A stretch of DNA of 64,000 nucleotides, taken from contig NC_042999.1 of assembly GCF_006345805.1 (NCBI RefSeq), positions 4,216,001 through 4,280,000 of the forward strand, read 5' to 3'. The translations under genes and the position numbers were made by a program. Below the pieces are notes generated by a model that did not search any database, was not told where the DNA came from, and saw only the letters and a list, made by a program, of their open reading frames with translations. The stretch's first letter is position 1. Each line of letters begins with the position of its first letter. Source of the stretch: Octopus sinensis (taxonomy: Eukaryota). Positions 1 to 11,475 of the stretch are shown in pieces.

Positions 1-95
1 AGTCGGTGCTTTTATGTGCCACTGACACAGGTGCCAGATGAGGCTGGCGAACGGCCATGCTCGGATGGTGTTTTTTATGTGCCACCGACACAGGG
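1..95 (-). mobile_element. Fragment of RTE-LINE 3' UTR family (internal GTGCTTTTTAYGTGCCAC subrepeats)
   Basis: Same subrepeats as the copies at 26157-26512 and 56779-57190. Confidence 0.7.
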
Positions 96-129
96 TGTGC
101 ATGCACATTGTTTTTGATTTTGTTGTCTA

Positions 130-680
130 CACAGTATAGTAGGGTCTGTGAGAAAAATAACACTATAACTCAATTCACTCTGCCAGAAATTTGGAAACAA
201 CATGCTGTACTGTTTGGCATTCAGGTTAGAAGCTCCACTATGAACATTTCAGAGTGTTTGGGTGTCAATCTAAGGACATGTACCAAGAGTGATAAAATCA
301 AATATCTAGTCAACATCATGGTGTTTGGAGTGATCACTAGTGATAGTGATGTTATGCTTCCATTCGTCTTCCCACATGGCCTCAAACTCAACATGGAGGC
401 CTACATCAAGTGCCTGGAGGAGGTAGCATTGCCCTGGGTCAAGAGGATGGTGGATGGAAGACACAATGTCTAGCAACAGAATTCTGCACCATGCTACACA
501 AGTAGGAGAACCCAGTCATGGCTGTGAGACAATTTCTGTAACCACATCATCCCTAACATCTGGCCACCTAACTCCCCAGACTGCAAACCCCTTGATTATT
601 ATGTGTGGGGCGCAGTTGAGTGAGAGACCAATAAAACTCCTTGTAACACGAAAGAGATCACCAAAGACTGTCCAGAAGAG
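130..680 (+). pseudogene. Degenerate Tc1/mariner transposase, DD37D (maT-like) catalytic region
   Basis: ORF 57-473 continues past a stop as QQNSAPCYTSRRTQSWL*DNFCNHIIPNIWPPNSPDCKPLDYYVWGAVE; 37 residues lie between the mutated second D (N) and the third D; in-frame stops. Confidence 0.85.
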
Positions 681-683
681 TTA

Positions 684-842
684 CATATATATATATATAT
701 ATAGTTATATATATGTGTGTGTGTGTATATATATGTGTGTGTGTAAATGTATGTATATATATATATGTGTGTGTGTGTGTGTTTATATATATATTCTTTT
801 ATATGTTTCAGCCTTGAGTCTGCACCCATGCTGGGGCACCAC

Positions 843-874
<32 letters not shown>

Positions 875-885
875 ATGCATGCATG
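684..885. repeat. Compound (TA)n/(TG)n microsatellite
   Basis: Direct reading. Confidence 0.9.
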
Positions 886-1229
886 TATATCTTTATTATA
901 TTTGAATGGTTAATGATATCACTAGTAGCCACTGTTAGATAAAGGATTCATGAAATATCACTTGCCTAGAATATATATTTGTATATAAGTTTAATGGTTA
1001 GTGACAAATTTCAGAATGTTTTGATCTTCTGTTTTTCTGGAGATCACAAAATCAAAACCTTCTGTAGTTTGTCAGTAATCATTAAATTTATGAATAAACA
1101 TGGACACACTCACACACTTGTGTGTGTGTGTGTGTATTTGTATTAGTCATTGAAACACCAACACAGCCCGGTTTTTACAATATTCATTTTCCTTTTACTT
1201 CTTTTTTGTTGTTTCTTTTTTTGGATAAG

Positions 1230-1287
1230 TACTTTCGCATTATGGAAGCGATCATCACAGTGGAATTTTATAAACAATTATATCAAG
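1230..1287 (+). other. Candidate 58-nt internal exon of an unknown gene
   Basis: Long polypyrimidine tract 1185-1222, AG at 1228-1229, consensus donor AAG|GTAAGT at 1288; two open frames. Confidence 0.3.
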
Positions 1288-1710
1288 GTAAGTATCTAGG
1301 TAAATATAGGCATAGCAACTAGGTGAATAGTTAAAAAGTATATTTACATCTGCTCACACTGGCTACAACTAAATGACATTGTTGAATAGTTAAACTCTTA
1401 TAGTATATGCCACATTTTTTTTTCCTAATGAAAAATTATGAATCTATGTCTTGTAAAAATATATGACACACATGCATTCAACTTAACTGTATACAACAAC
1501 TTTGTTGATGAAAAGATATGACAGCAGATAAAAATCAGTTAGAACAGGTGAAAACCACATTCACAATGTACACCAGTGATCATTTTATCTATCAGTAAAT
1601 TTCATCCTAGTGTATACAATGGTTATACGACTCTGTGTTTTATTGTCGATTAATAGCATTTTGTGAAAATCTAGTTTCTAACAGGTTTGAGTAATATTTA
1701 TAGAGAAAGT

Positions 1711-1885
1711 AAGGTGGCAAGGTCACTGAATTGTTAGCACACAGGACAAAATGTTTAGCAGTATTTTGTCCATCTGTATGTTCTGAGTTCAAATTCTGTC
1801 AAGTTCAACTTTGCTTTTCATCGTTTTAGGCTCAATAAAGTTAAGTACCAGTCGTGTACTGTGATCAGTGTAATCAACTACCCCT
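1711..1885 (+). mobile_element. Old tRNA-derived SINE with Meta-like central domain, 3' end replaced by (GATA)n
   Basis: B-box GAGTTCAAATTC followed by CAACTTTGCTTTTCATC...AAGTACCAG. Confidence 0.7.
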
Positions 1886-1886
<1 letters not shown>

Positions 1887-1936
<50 letters not shown>

Positions 1937-1953
1937 TAGATAGATAGATAGAT
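1887..1953. repeat. (GATA)n tract, left flank of LINE insertion
   Basis: Direct reading. Confidence 0.95.
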
Positions 1954-1954
1954 A

Positions 1955-2927
1955 TGTTTCTTTATTAGCCACACAGGGCTGCACACAGATAGAACAAATT
2001 ACAAGGTAGAGCTTTTCTTTTGAAGGTTTAAAAAAAAAAAAAAAAAAAAAAAAAAGGAAGGGGGAGTTTCGATCAAAAGGGATCGTAAAAGGAGAGAAAG
2101 AGGACAAAAAAAAAGGGGGGTTAAAAAAAAAAAAAAAAAAAAAGGGGGAGAGGAGAAAAAAAATTGATCAATAGGGATCGTTATCACAGAAATGTCAATA
2201 TGAAGTGTAAAGGGGAGGACAGGTGAGGTTTACCCGTGGAAAGAAAAGCCTACGGAAAAGACCACGGTAACCTCGGTCAATGAAGTCACATTTTATATTT
2301 CTTTTTTTTTTTTTTTTTTTTTGCAAATAAGCAACTCTCTGTTTTCGATTTCTGGGTTCATAGGACTATGCTCAAGGTGGCTTCGTCATTCATACGTGCC
2401 ATTCTTGCTACATTCACCCATCTTTTTTTAAAACATTCGCTAGACAAAACTTGCCTCTCTACTCTCACTTTCCTTTTCAAGTGGTACTTGAAGAAGTTGA
2501 TGAGAGATTGACCAGAGAGGAAAGTGTTTGTCTCCAATCCTTTCAGACGCGTCCACCAGATACATTCTTTCGCCATAGCCACAAGGATGATGAAAATAGC
2601 TCTTCCTTCCCGTTTGAAGGAAGGAGGCGTGACAATATTGACGATAGACTCAGCTGATAAACCGACTCGTCCCACACGTGACAGCAGTTGTTCGACATAA
2701 GCCCACAGGTCGGAAATTGTTGGACACTGAACGAGTGCGTGCAGAACGGTTTCGTCGCTCTGACCGCATCTCAGGCAGGTCGGCCCCGTGTTTCTCGAGC
2801 CGTGTCTGTAGAGCTTATCCCGAACGGGTAGCGCTTCTCGGTAGCACTGCCAGGCCAGGGATCTCTGGAAGTTGTCCATGGGCCCTGGCCCGAAAGTCGT
2901 CCCGAACAGGCGGGTCAGGTACTCCTC
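1955..2927 (-). mobile_element. 5'-truncated L1/Tx1-type LINE (ORF2 C-terminus plus 3' UTR) inserted in (GATA)n
   Basis: Intact zf-RVT-type motif, CpG-rich, U-rich 3' UTR ending CTAATAAAGAAACA, GATA repeats on both sides. Confidence 0.85.
2358..2927 (-). pseudogene. LINE ORF2 C-terminal fragment with zinc-binding (zf-RVT-like) domain
   Basis: LAWQCYREALPVRDKL...CLRCGQSDETVLHALVQCP...LW...IWWTR; frame is open up to the truncation point (EEYLTRLFGTTFGPGP precedes the Met). Confidence 0.85.
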
Positions 2928-3045
<118 letters not shown>

Positions 3046-3327
3046 TAGTGTTGTCACCATAGTAACTAACAAGTTTTGATTTAAAATGTGGAATTTCAAG
3101 TGCAAGTCTGTCAACACAACACAGCTAAAAAAAATGATTTTCATCATATAACAATATAGATAGTTGTGTTTTTGGTTGTTTGTGTGTGTGTGTGTGTGTC
3201 ATTTCTGAATATCTTTCAACATAGAGACAATGCAACAGACAGTTGAGAGAGAAATACAGTGTGTGTGTGAGAGAGAGAGTATGTGTGTGTGTAAAAGATA
3301 GAGAGATAGTCAGACTGTTCTCATCAT

Positions 3328-3447
3328 GGAAAGGAATGGAATGGAAGGACTCTGTCGGTTACGACGACGAGGGTTCCGGTTGATCCACTCAACGGAACAG
3401 CCTGCTCGTGAAATTAACGTGTAAGTGGCTGAGCACTCCACAGACAC
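3328..3447 (-). mobile_element. 5'-truncated SINE (3' end of the family at 50907-51275)
   Basis: Near-identical to 50907-51020; TSD TCTCATCAT at 3319-3327 and 3448-3456. Confidence 0.85.
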
Positions 3448-4559
3448 TCTCATCATAGTAACTAACGAGACTTTCACTATATAACAGTCTACTATTAAAA
3501 GAAAGCACCTGTATGATTGACAAATATTTTTACAGTGAAGGGTAAAAACCTCATAAAGTGTAAAAAAGATATATAAAAGAAAGATTTTCAGTATCACTTT
3601 TTCAGTATTTAAAAATTTATGAATTTATTTAAGATTTTTTTTGAAATCCATAAATGTTGATTAACCAGAGATATTTACAAGAAACCCATACATGCCTTTC
3701 TTTATGACTCCAAGGGTACCAGTCATACCTGGGGTTGTTTGCGACTTCCATTGCCACATTCTGCTAATCCCAGTCAATTGATCTTTGTACTTTGTACTCA
3801 GAGATTTATATTTGTCGATGAAAAAAAAGGTGACCCTGAATTATACAGAAACTAATTACATAACGAAGGAAATCTAATTACTACAATACAGTCTCAACCA
3901 TCTGCACCAGCTTCTGCTATTCAGTGATCAGATAATGTCGACAGCATTTTGAATTATCCCTACAACACAACCTGTATGGATCTCCTGCAACTGAAGCAGT
4001 CTTTTACGGTGATGTGCGTTTATTGATTCCAACATGTTGGAATCGCTATTGCTCATTGCCACTGAACTGACACAAACACATACATGCATGCATGCATGTG
4101 CTTCTACTGTACACAGATTTCAACATATATCTGTGCTGTTGTTATTTTTGTGTGTGTGTGTTTTCGTAGCGATGTGTATATGTGTATAATGTATATTTAT
4201 ATGCATCTATGTATGTGTATCTTATAAATGTGTATGAAAACAACACGCACACACATATTCACATATACACGTACGTATATATATATATATGTGTGTGTGT
4301 GCATATATGGAGAGAGGAAGGAGAGAGAGAAGAGAGAGGGGAGAGAGAGAGAGAGAAAAAATATATATATAGAAATGTAAACACTGTTGTAGGTAGACAC
4401 CTATCTACTACCTAATAACATCAGATGTGCAGCTGCAATTACAAACTGCAGCCATTCAATCTTGTATAAAATCACTGAGACATCAATTCATTCAGTTGCT
4501 TATTTTTCTGTTACATTAACTGATTGCTCATTTATCTCTTGTTACCATTTCAGTAGTTA

Positions 4560-5195
4560 CCCTGTCATTATGTCATATCAGATTCTAACTAGTATGTCAT
4601 CATGTCATATTAAACTGTTCATGGGATATCATGTTTTATTAAGCTGTCTGTGATATATCATGTCATATTAAACTGTCTACAGGATATCATGGTATAGCCT
4701 ACTTTTTGGTAGTATATCACATAATATCAAACTTTCTGTGGTATATCATGTCATATTTAACTGTTTGTGGTATGTTATACTCTGTAAAACTCTAGTATAC
4801 CATGTCATATCAAACTGTCTGTAGTATATCAATTAATATCAAACTGTCTGTTGTATATCATATCATTTTAAACTGTCTATGGCATATCATGTTATATTAA
4901 ATTGTAATATATATTATATAAACTGTTTATATATTTTATAAACAGTTCTATTAAATTGTCTGTCAGATATCATTATATTAAACTGTCTATGAGATATCAC
5001 ATAATATTAATGTATGTGGTATATTATATTATTATTCTGTTATATACCATATTATATAAACTGATTATATATTATATCAACAATTCTATTAAACTGTCTG
5101 TTGATATCAAGTTATATTAAAGTATCTATGGGATATCATTCTATATCAAACTGTCTGTGGTATGTCATGTTATATCAGACTGTGGTATATCATTT
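4560..5195. repeat. Degenerate ~29-bp minisatellite (consensus approx. TATATCATGTCATATTAAACTGTCTGTGG), roughly 20 units
   Basis: AAACTGTCT and TATCAT recur at about 29-bp spacing. Confidence 0.85.
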
Positions 5196-5234
5196 TAAGC
5201 ATATCTGGGCTATTTATTATTTGGTAAACTGAGA

Positions 5235-5362
5235 GATAATTACTTCACTTGCGAACAAGTTAGAGTTGGTGATGGAAAAGGCATCCAGCTGTAGAAAACT
5301 GCATCCCATACTCTCATCTGACCCATGCAAGCATGGAAAAGTAGACTATAAAATGATGATGA
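5235..5362 (+). mobile_element. RTE-like SINE tail fragment ending in (GAT)n
   Basis: AAGGCATCCAGCTGTAGAAAA...CCCATGCAAGCATGGAAAAGTAGAC..(TGA)n. Confidence 0.7.
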
Positions 5363-7255
5363 TAGGGTGTGACGTAAGAGAATTTATTTCTTTCCAGTGG
5401 GTTGATATACCACATTGAGTATCTTTCAGTGTAAGCTTTAGTAGTAGTGTGGTAGCAATATTTATGACAGCAATGAAGATGGCGATCATTTTGACAGCTA
5501 AAACAACAATAGTAACAGCATCAACATACATACAAAGGAAAGGGCGTAACGTAATAGAATAGCAATTTTACAATGAATGTATTACTCTTTAAAAATGAAC
5601 ACAAGCAACATATCTGTATTGCAATTTGAAAATGAGTACCTGAGGTTAGTACCTATAAATATAGGAGCAAATAATAAAGGGGTTGTTAGAAAGTGATATA
5701 ATGTCGAAGTCATCCTTAGTGAAATTAGTATATAAGTGATAATTATTTAAAACACACAGACTGAAAGTAGATAAAAATTGACAGGAAATAATATAAAGAG
5801 ACATGGCACTTCGAGAAAGATTAGAAGTTTAGAGATAAAGAGAGATGAAACTGCATATTATGTTTCAGATAGCCAAATTGCATATTAAACCTATTAAACA
5901 TTGATTTATTGTTGCACAGAAAGAGTGTAACATGAAGAAAATAACCATGCCAGTATCTGCAGTATTTAAAATAATATATCACAATAGAATTTTCGTATTA
6001 AAAGCTAATATTATATAAATTACAATAGCTGTTGTTTTTTGTTTCGTTTCTGATTTCTTTTTATTTATTTTTTTTGGTTTTTTTTTTTTGGTTTTTCTTT
6101 GTTTTTGTAATAGACAATAGCAAAACAGTAGTCAATGGTATATAAAATTAAATGGGACGAAGAGAGTTGAAAATATATCGACTTTTGATTTCAGCACTTA
6201 GACATTTAAGATATAGCATAATAAATTTATTGAAAAGCTAAACAAAGACCTCACATTAAAAAGAAATTTGTGTGTGTCTGTGTGTGTGTTTGTGTGTGTG
6301 TGCATGTGTGTTTGTGTGTGTGTGTGTTTGTGTGTGTGTGTATGTATATTACACACACACATATAACAATGCATTCTACAATCTTTTAACTGGTTCAAGT
6401 TGAGTGTGACCATGCTGAGGCATCACATTTATTTTGACAAAAAGGAAAATTTTGAATTTTCCATTTGCAAAAACGGCTAGATGTTCATTTCAAGGAACAG
6501 TTCTTTGAGAAATAGAGGAAGAAAATGTTCTGCTACAAGAAGAAAACTTTATAAGAATTCTAAATATGAAACTAAACTGGAAATCGTTGATACCACAATT
6601 AAAACAAATTCCTCTATACAGATTACCTTGTAACATGTGTATTTGAAAAGCTGTAAGCAGCAAAAGCACTTACACAATATAAAAACTCCTTTCCAAAAGA
6701 TATGTGTCATTCTTATTTTAAAGATCATCGTCCCAACTCTCTGTTAGGAAGTACAAGCACTTACATACACATGTACACACACAGCAGGAACTTCCATCTA
6801 CCAAATTCTGTCACAAAGCTACAGAAGACACTTGCCCAAGGTGCCATGCAGTGGGACTGAACCCAAGACTGTATGGCTGGGAATCAAGCTTCCTGATCAC
6901 ACAGCCATGCTCACACAAGATATTTTTTATATAATCAATAATTTTTAATTTAAGAAAATCTTTCTTCAAACATATATGTACACATATGCACAAACACGCA
7001 CAGAGGATGGGCTTCTTTCATTTTCCATCTACCAAATCTACTCAGTCTGAGGGCAAAGTAGAAGATACACAGTGTGATTAAACCTAAACCTATATGATTG
7101 GGAAGCAAATATATTAAGATTGCCAAACACCTACCCACATTTTCACACATACACACATCATGAACTTCTACAATTTCTGACTACTAAAAATATATATATA
7201 GAGAGAGGGCACTGTAAGCAGAATTGCATATTAGGGTAGAAATTGTAAGATTGAA

Positions 7256-7667
7256 TACTCTTTACTCTTTACTCTTTTACTTGTTTCAGTCATTTGACTG
7301 CGGCCATGCTGGAGCACCGCCTTTAATCGAGCAACTCGACCCTGGGACTTATTCTTTTGTAAGCCCAGTACTTATTCTATCGGTTTCTTTTGCCGAACTG
7401 CTAAGTAACGGGGACATAAACACACCAGCATAGGTTGTCAAGCAATGCTAGGGGGACAAACACAGACACACAAACACACACACGCATATATATATACATA
7501 TATACGACAGGCTTCTTTCAGTTTCCGTCTACCAAACCCACTCATAAGGCTTTGGTTGGCCCGAGGCTATAGTAGAAAACACTTGCCCAAGGTGCCACAC
7601 AGTGGGACTGAACCCGGAACCATGTGGTTGGTAAACAAGCTACTTACCACACAACCACTTCTGCGCC
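7256..7667 (-). mobile_element. Full-length young tRNA-derived CORE-type SINE, (GTAAAGA)n tail
   Basis: A box GTGGTTGTGTGG, B box GGTTCAGTCCC, CORE-like CCTTGGGCAAGTG, internal TA/TG tract; matches 20374, 28442, 48122, 51723. Confidence 0.9.
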
Positions 7668-8329
7668 TATTCACTAAAATATTCACTAAAGGTATCAATA
7701 AATTATCATTCTCAACATTGTCATCACTTTAATATCCACTTTTCCATGCTTAGTTATGTTGATATTGAAAATTTAATCCTTTGGAAAAAAAACCCATAGG
7801 TATCCCAATGGGCTTTGATTCCATTGGCATAGATTAGTTTGTCTATTTGTGAGAGGTAGCAAGGAGAGCTTTTGTATGGTGGCTCAACCTACTAGAATTA
7901 GAAGCTGCATCTTTCTCAACTCATACACTACAACATTAAGGACTAAAGAACACATTAACTAATATTTTAGTCCTAGATATATGCACTGCCTATGATTAAA
8001 AAGCAGGATTAATCATGGCTGAAACATGTTTGATCATAGATCATGGTTAAACAATAACTTGAACATTATTACATTTATCTCTGTAACTTAGTGGTTTGAC
8101 AAAAAGAGACCTGTAGAATAAGTAACAAGCTTTAAAAAAAATTAAGTACTAGGGTTGAGTTATTTAACTAAGATATTCTTCAAGGCAGTGCCCCAACATG
8201 GCTGCAGTTTACTGACTGAAACAAGTAAGAAATAGATCTCATAACATTAAATACAGAATTAGATTAAAATTTTTAATTAAACCCTCCCCTTCCCCCAATG
8301 ATTTGATGAGAATTCTAGATAGAAATGTG

Positions 8330-9030
8330 CAAAGACCAAATGGAAAAGAGCAACCATGTCTACTGAGTGTGTGTAAATAATAAAGCACAGGAATTCTAAG
8401 AGAAAATCTAGACATTAAAGATATCTGTTGTAGTGTGCGAAAAAAGAGAAGACAGAATCCAAAGAGAGTGGTGGTGGTGGTCTTTATTGGTAAGACTTGT
8501 AATATTTTGAAAAATCAACAAAAAGAATACGGAAATTACTGTTGGGGGTGCAAAATCCAACGTTATGGACTGAGTGTTTCTTCAGAGAAAAGTTGACAAA
8601 AGGGAAATTAAAGAAAAACAGCAGAGTTTTATATTTTTTGTATCTACAGCCAATTCCTTTAATTTTTCCCTTCCCAACTTCCTCCTGTTAAAAGGATTGT
8701 CTGTACTGTTGGATTTCTCACTCCCCACAGCAACTCCACTATATTTTTTCAGTTGACTTCTCTAAAGAACAAAAGAAGACTACATTGGAATGAGCATGTG
8801 ATACATAGATACATATGAAGAATGGTAGTTAAGGTGAAAATCATTTGAGGCAAGAAAATGGAAGTTGAGGAAGGCCAAAGAAGATAGGAGGCAGAAGTAG
8901 TAAAGTTTGTTCTCAGGATATTGGATATATCAAAGGAGATGATGAAAAAATGTGACAAGTTGTGAGACATTGAACTGAACTAAAACAGACTTGTTCGACC
9001 CCTGCCAGTATGAAAAACATAAAAATAAAA
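8330..9030 (+). mobile_element. Highly degenerate RTE LINE 3' remnant (interrupted)
   Basis: Translated patches RRLHWNEHVIH (~8772) and *GRPKKI (~8867) resemble the RTE C-terminal RRLRWFGHV and GRGRPKKTW motifs. Confidence 0.55.
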
Positions 9031-10082
9031 ATAATAATGTTGATGATGAGGAGGAAGAGAATACTGATTATGATGATGATGATCATGATCATGATCTTGA
9101 TGTTTTATCTAGAAATAGACAGTGAAAGTAAAAGATTAATTTAGATAAATTCTAATAAATGCAAAGTATATAATTCTTTTCTTTGCATTAATACCAGAAA
9201 AAAAAAAGTTAGCTAGCAGTTGAAATTATGAAACAAATACTTATAACATAATATACAAAATCATATTAATACGCAGGAAATAAATGAAAAAAATAAATTT
9301 ACATTCATTTGATTGGCTGCAATGAGAAACTGGAAAACTCAGATATGTCAGGTAGTCTTTTCAATATTAAATTATAAAAAAATAGATTTGGAGGATAAAT
9401 TTTACACAACAACATCATTTAGTGGTAGCTGACATAAATCCAACACATTTTCTAGTAAGTTATTATAAAATATTTATATTAGTCTATATTTGCAGGAATA
9501 TTGCTTATCATATTAATGTGCTGTATTCTCTGAGCTAATTCTATAAGCTAACGTTTTTCTCTTAAAATTTATAATTAATGTTACTTCTAACATTTCTAAA
9601 ATTTGCCGACATTGATAATGTATACAGCTTCACTAAAATCAATGAACATATTGCTGAAACACAATAAACAATGAAATATTTGAAATGTGTCATATATAAT
9701 ACCCATTTAAACAGAAACTTATATATGGTCTGCTAGCATTCTATAAAGGATTATGATGCAAGCTGGCAAGGCAGCTTCTACAATAGCATACAACTAAATC
9801 TTCCTTGACTAACTTATCTGTCTATGCCATAAAACTAGTCAAGAGAAAGCTACTGACTAACAGCAAGTAGATTTTAAAGAATCTATGAAGAAATAAACAC
9901 ACATATATCTGATGTATACATCACTGATGAGACCAAGTTAGGCTGAAACAGGCATCCTGAGAAAGGCCTTATGTCTCTTAACTTCTTTGAGAAGTTTCTC
10001 TGAGATGAAATAATACAGCTGGTGCTATTTCACATTTCTACATACACTATACATGTGATACACACCAGTACATTAAACATCA

Positions 10083-10425
10083 TCATCATCATAATCATTT
10101 TAACATCTACTCTTCCATGATTGCATGGATCAGGTAGAATTTGTTGGGGCAGATTTCCATGGCCAGATACTCACCTTGTTGCAATACTCACCTGTTCCCA
10201 AACAGGGTAATATTTCCCCCATCCTCCGGACATATTTTCACAGAAGACTGGAAATAACTGATACTGACTAACAGTGACACTCACTTGTAATTATCACGTG
10301 ATGACAAGGACAAGCACACATACATGTATGTATGTTTGTATGTATAATGGACTTCTTTGAGTGTCTGCCTGCCAAATCCACTCACAAGGTTTTAGTTGAC
10401 CAGGATTTTTATAGAAGACCCTTTC
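10083..10425 (-). mobile_element. Old CORE-type SINE with RTE-like (GAT)n tail
   Basis: Colinear with 16743-17240 in reverse. Confidence 0.7.
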
Positions 10426-10438
10426 CCACTGCAATACC

Positions 10439-10600
10439 TATTTCTTTATTACCCACAAGGGGCTAAACACAGAGGGGACAAACAAGGACAGACATAGGTA
10501 TTAAGTCGATTATATCGACCCCAGTGCGTAACTGGTACTTAATTTATCGACCCCGAAAGGATGAAAGGCAAAGTCGACCTCGGCGGAATTCGAACTCACG
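10439..10600 (-). mobile_element. Young Meta-type SINE, 5'-truncated, Tx1-like tail
   Basis: GCCGAGGTCGACTTTGCCTTTCATCCTTTCGGGGTCGATAAATTAAGTACCAG body; tail TTTAGCCCCTTGTGGGTAATAAAGAAATA. Confidence 0.9.
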
Positions 10601-11368
10601 ACTGAACTAACAGCCATGATGCCTGTGTGTGTCTAAATTATATGCACATATACACCATGCACATTTAAAATATGCAAAACTTTATAGATCCCTGCAACCA
10701 GTGTCAGAGGATATGGAAGAAAAAATCTCTTATTTAGATTACATGCAATGCATTTGAATTAATATAATGAGATTGGAAATCTATTAGTTCAGTCTCTTAA
10801 ATTATTCCACTATGGACTTACTAATTATGACCAATTATCTTGTAAATCCTTTGATTCAACTCATATTATCATTTTATAGCCAATTGAAAGTGAAACAAGA
10901 AAGAGAAAGCTTACTATTTCTCACTCCACCTACTGATTTAGTGGTAGGTGTTAGCTGTCTAGGCTCTTCCTTTTCCCTGAAATTTATTGTCTGTAACATA
11001 CACAACATTCATCTCTTCACATGCAGATTCTAACATAAATCTAGGCATGCACTAATGTAAATACTATCACAACACTTTATTCACTATATCACAATGTCTG
11101 CATACACTTGGCTGTAATAGCCATGCACTCTCTCATATACATGTAGCTGTGATAGCCATATACTCTCATGCATGTGTAAACCATAGTCTTTACCCATGAA
11201 AGCTGAACTTACTCTTGTATACTAATTACTAATTTCCAACACAATAAACTCCTACATGCAAATACATGCACACATAACCATACATGTTTTGTTTTCTTTT
11301 TAATGATACTATATTGTTTTCTATACCATACCCTGTTTTCTTCTCCATTCTCTCTGCACCCTTTCACT

Positions 11369-11410
11369 CACACACACACAACACACACACACACACACAA
11401 CACACAACAC

Positions 11411-11447
<37 letters not shown>

Positions 11448-11475
11448 CACACACACAACACACAACACACACACA
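11369..11475. repeat. Interrupted (CA)n microsatellite
   Basis: Direct reading. Confidence 0.9.

Noticed and set aside
3053-3066. RFX X-box-like GTCACCATAGTAAC
   Set aside because: Short degenerate motif with no identifiable promoter or gene nearby
4560-5195. CRISPR-like 29-bp repeats
   Set aside because: Repeats are contiguous and degenerate with no spacers
7445-7732. Recurrent ORF family (ASFSFRLPNPL..HLPKVPHSGTEPGTMWL) also at 20342, 41440, 48155 and 51667
   Set aside because: Antisense translation of the CORE-type SINE, not a gene family
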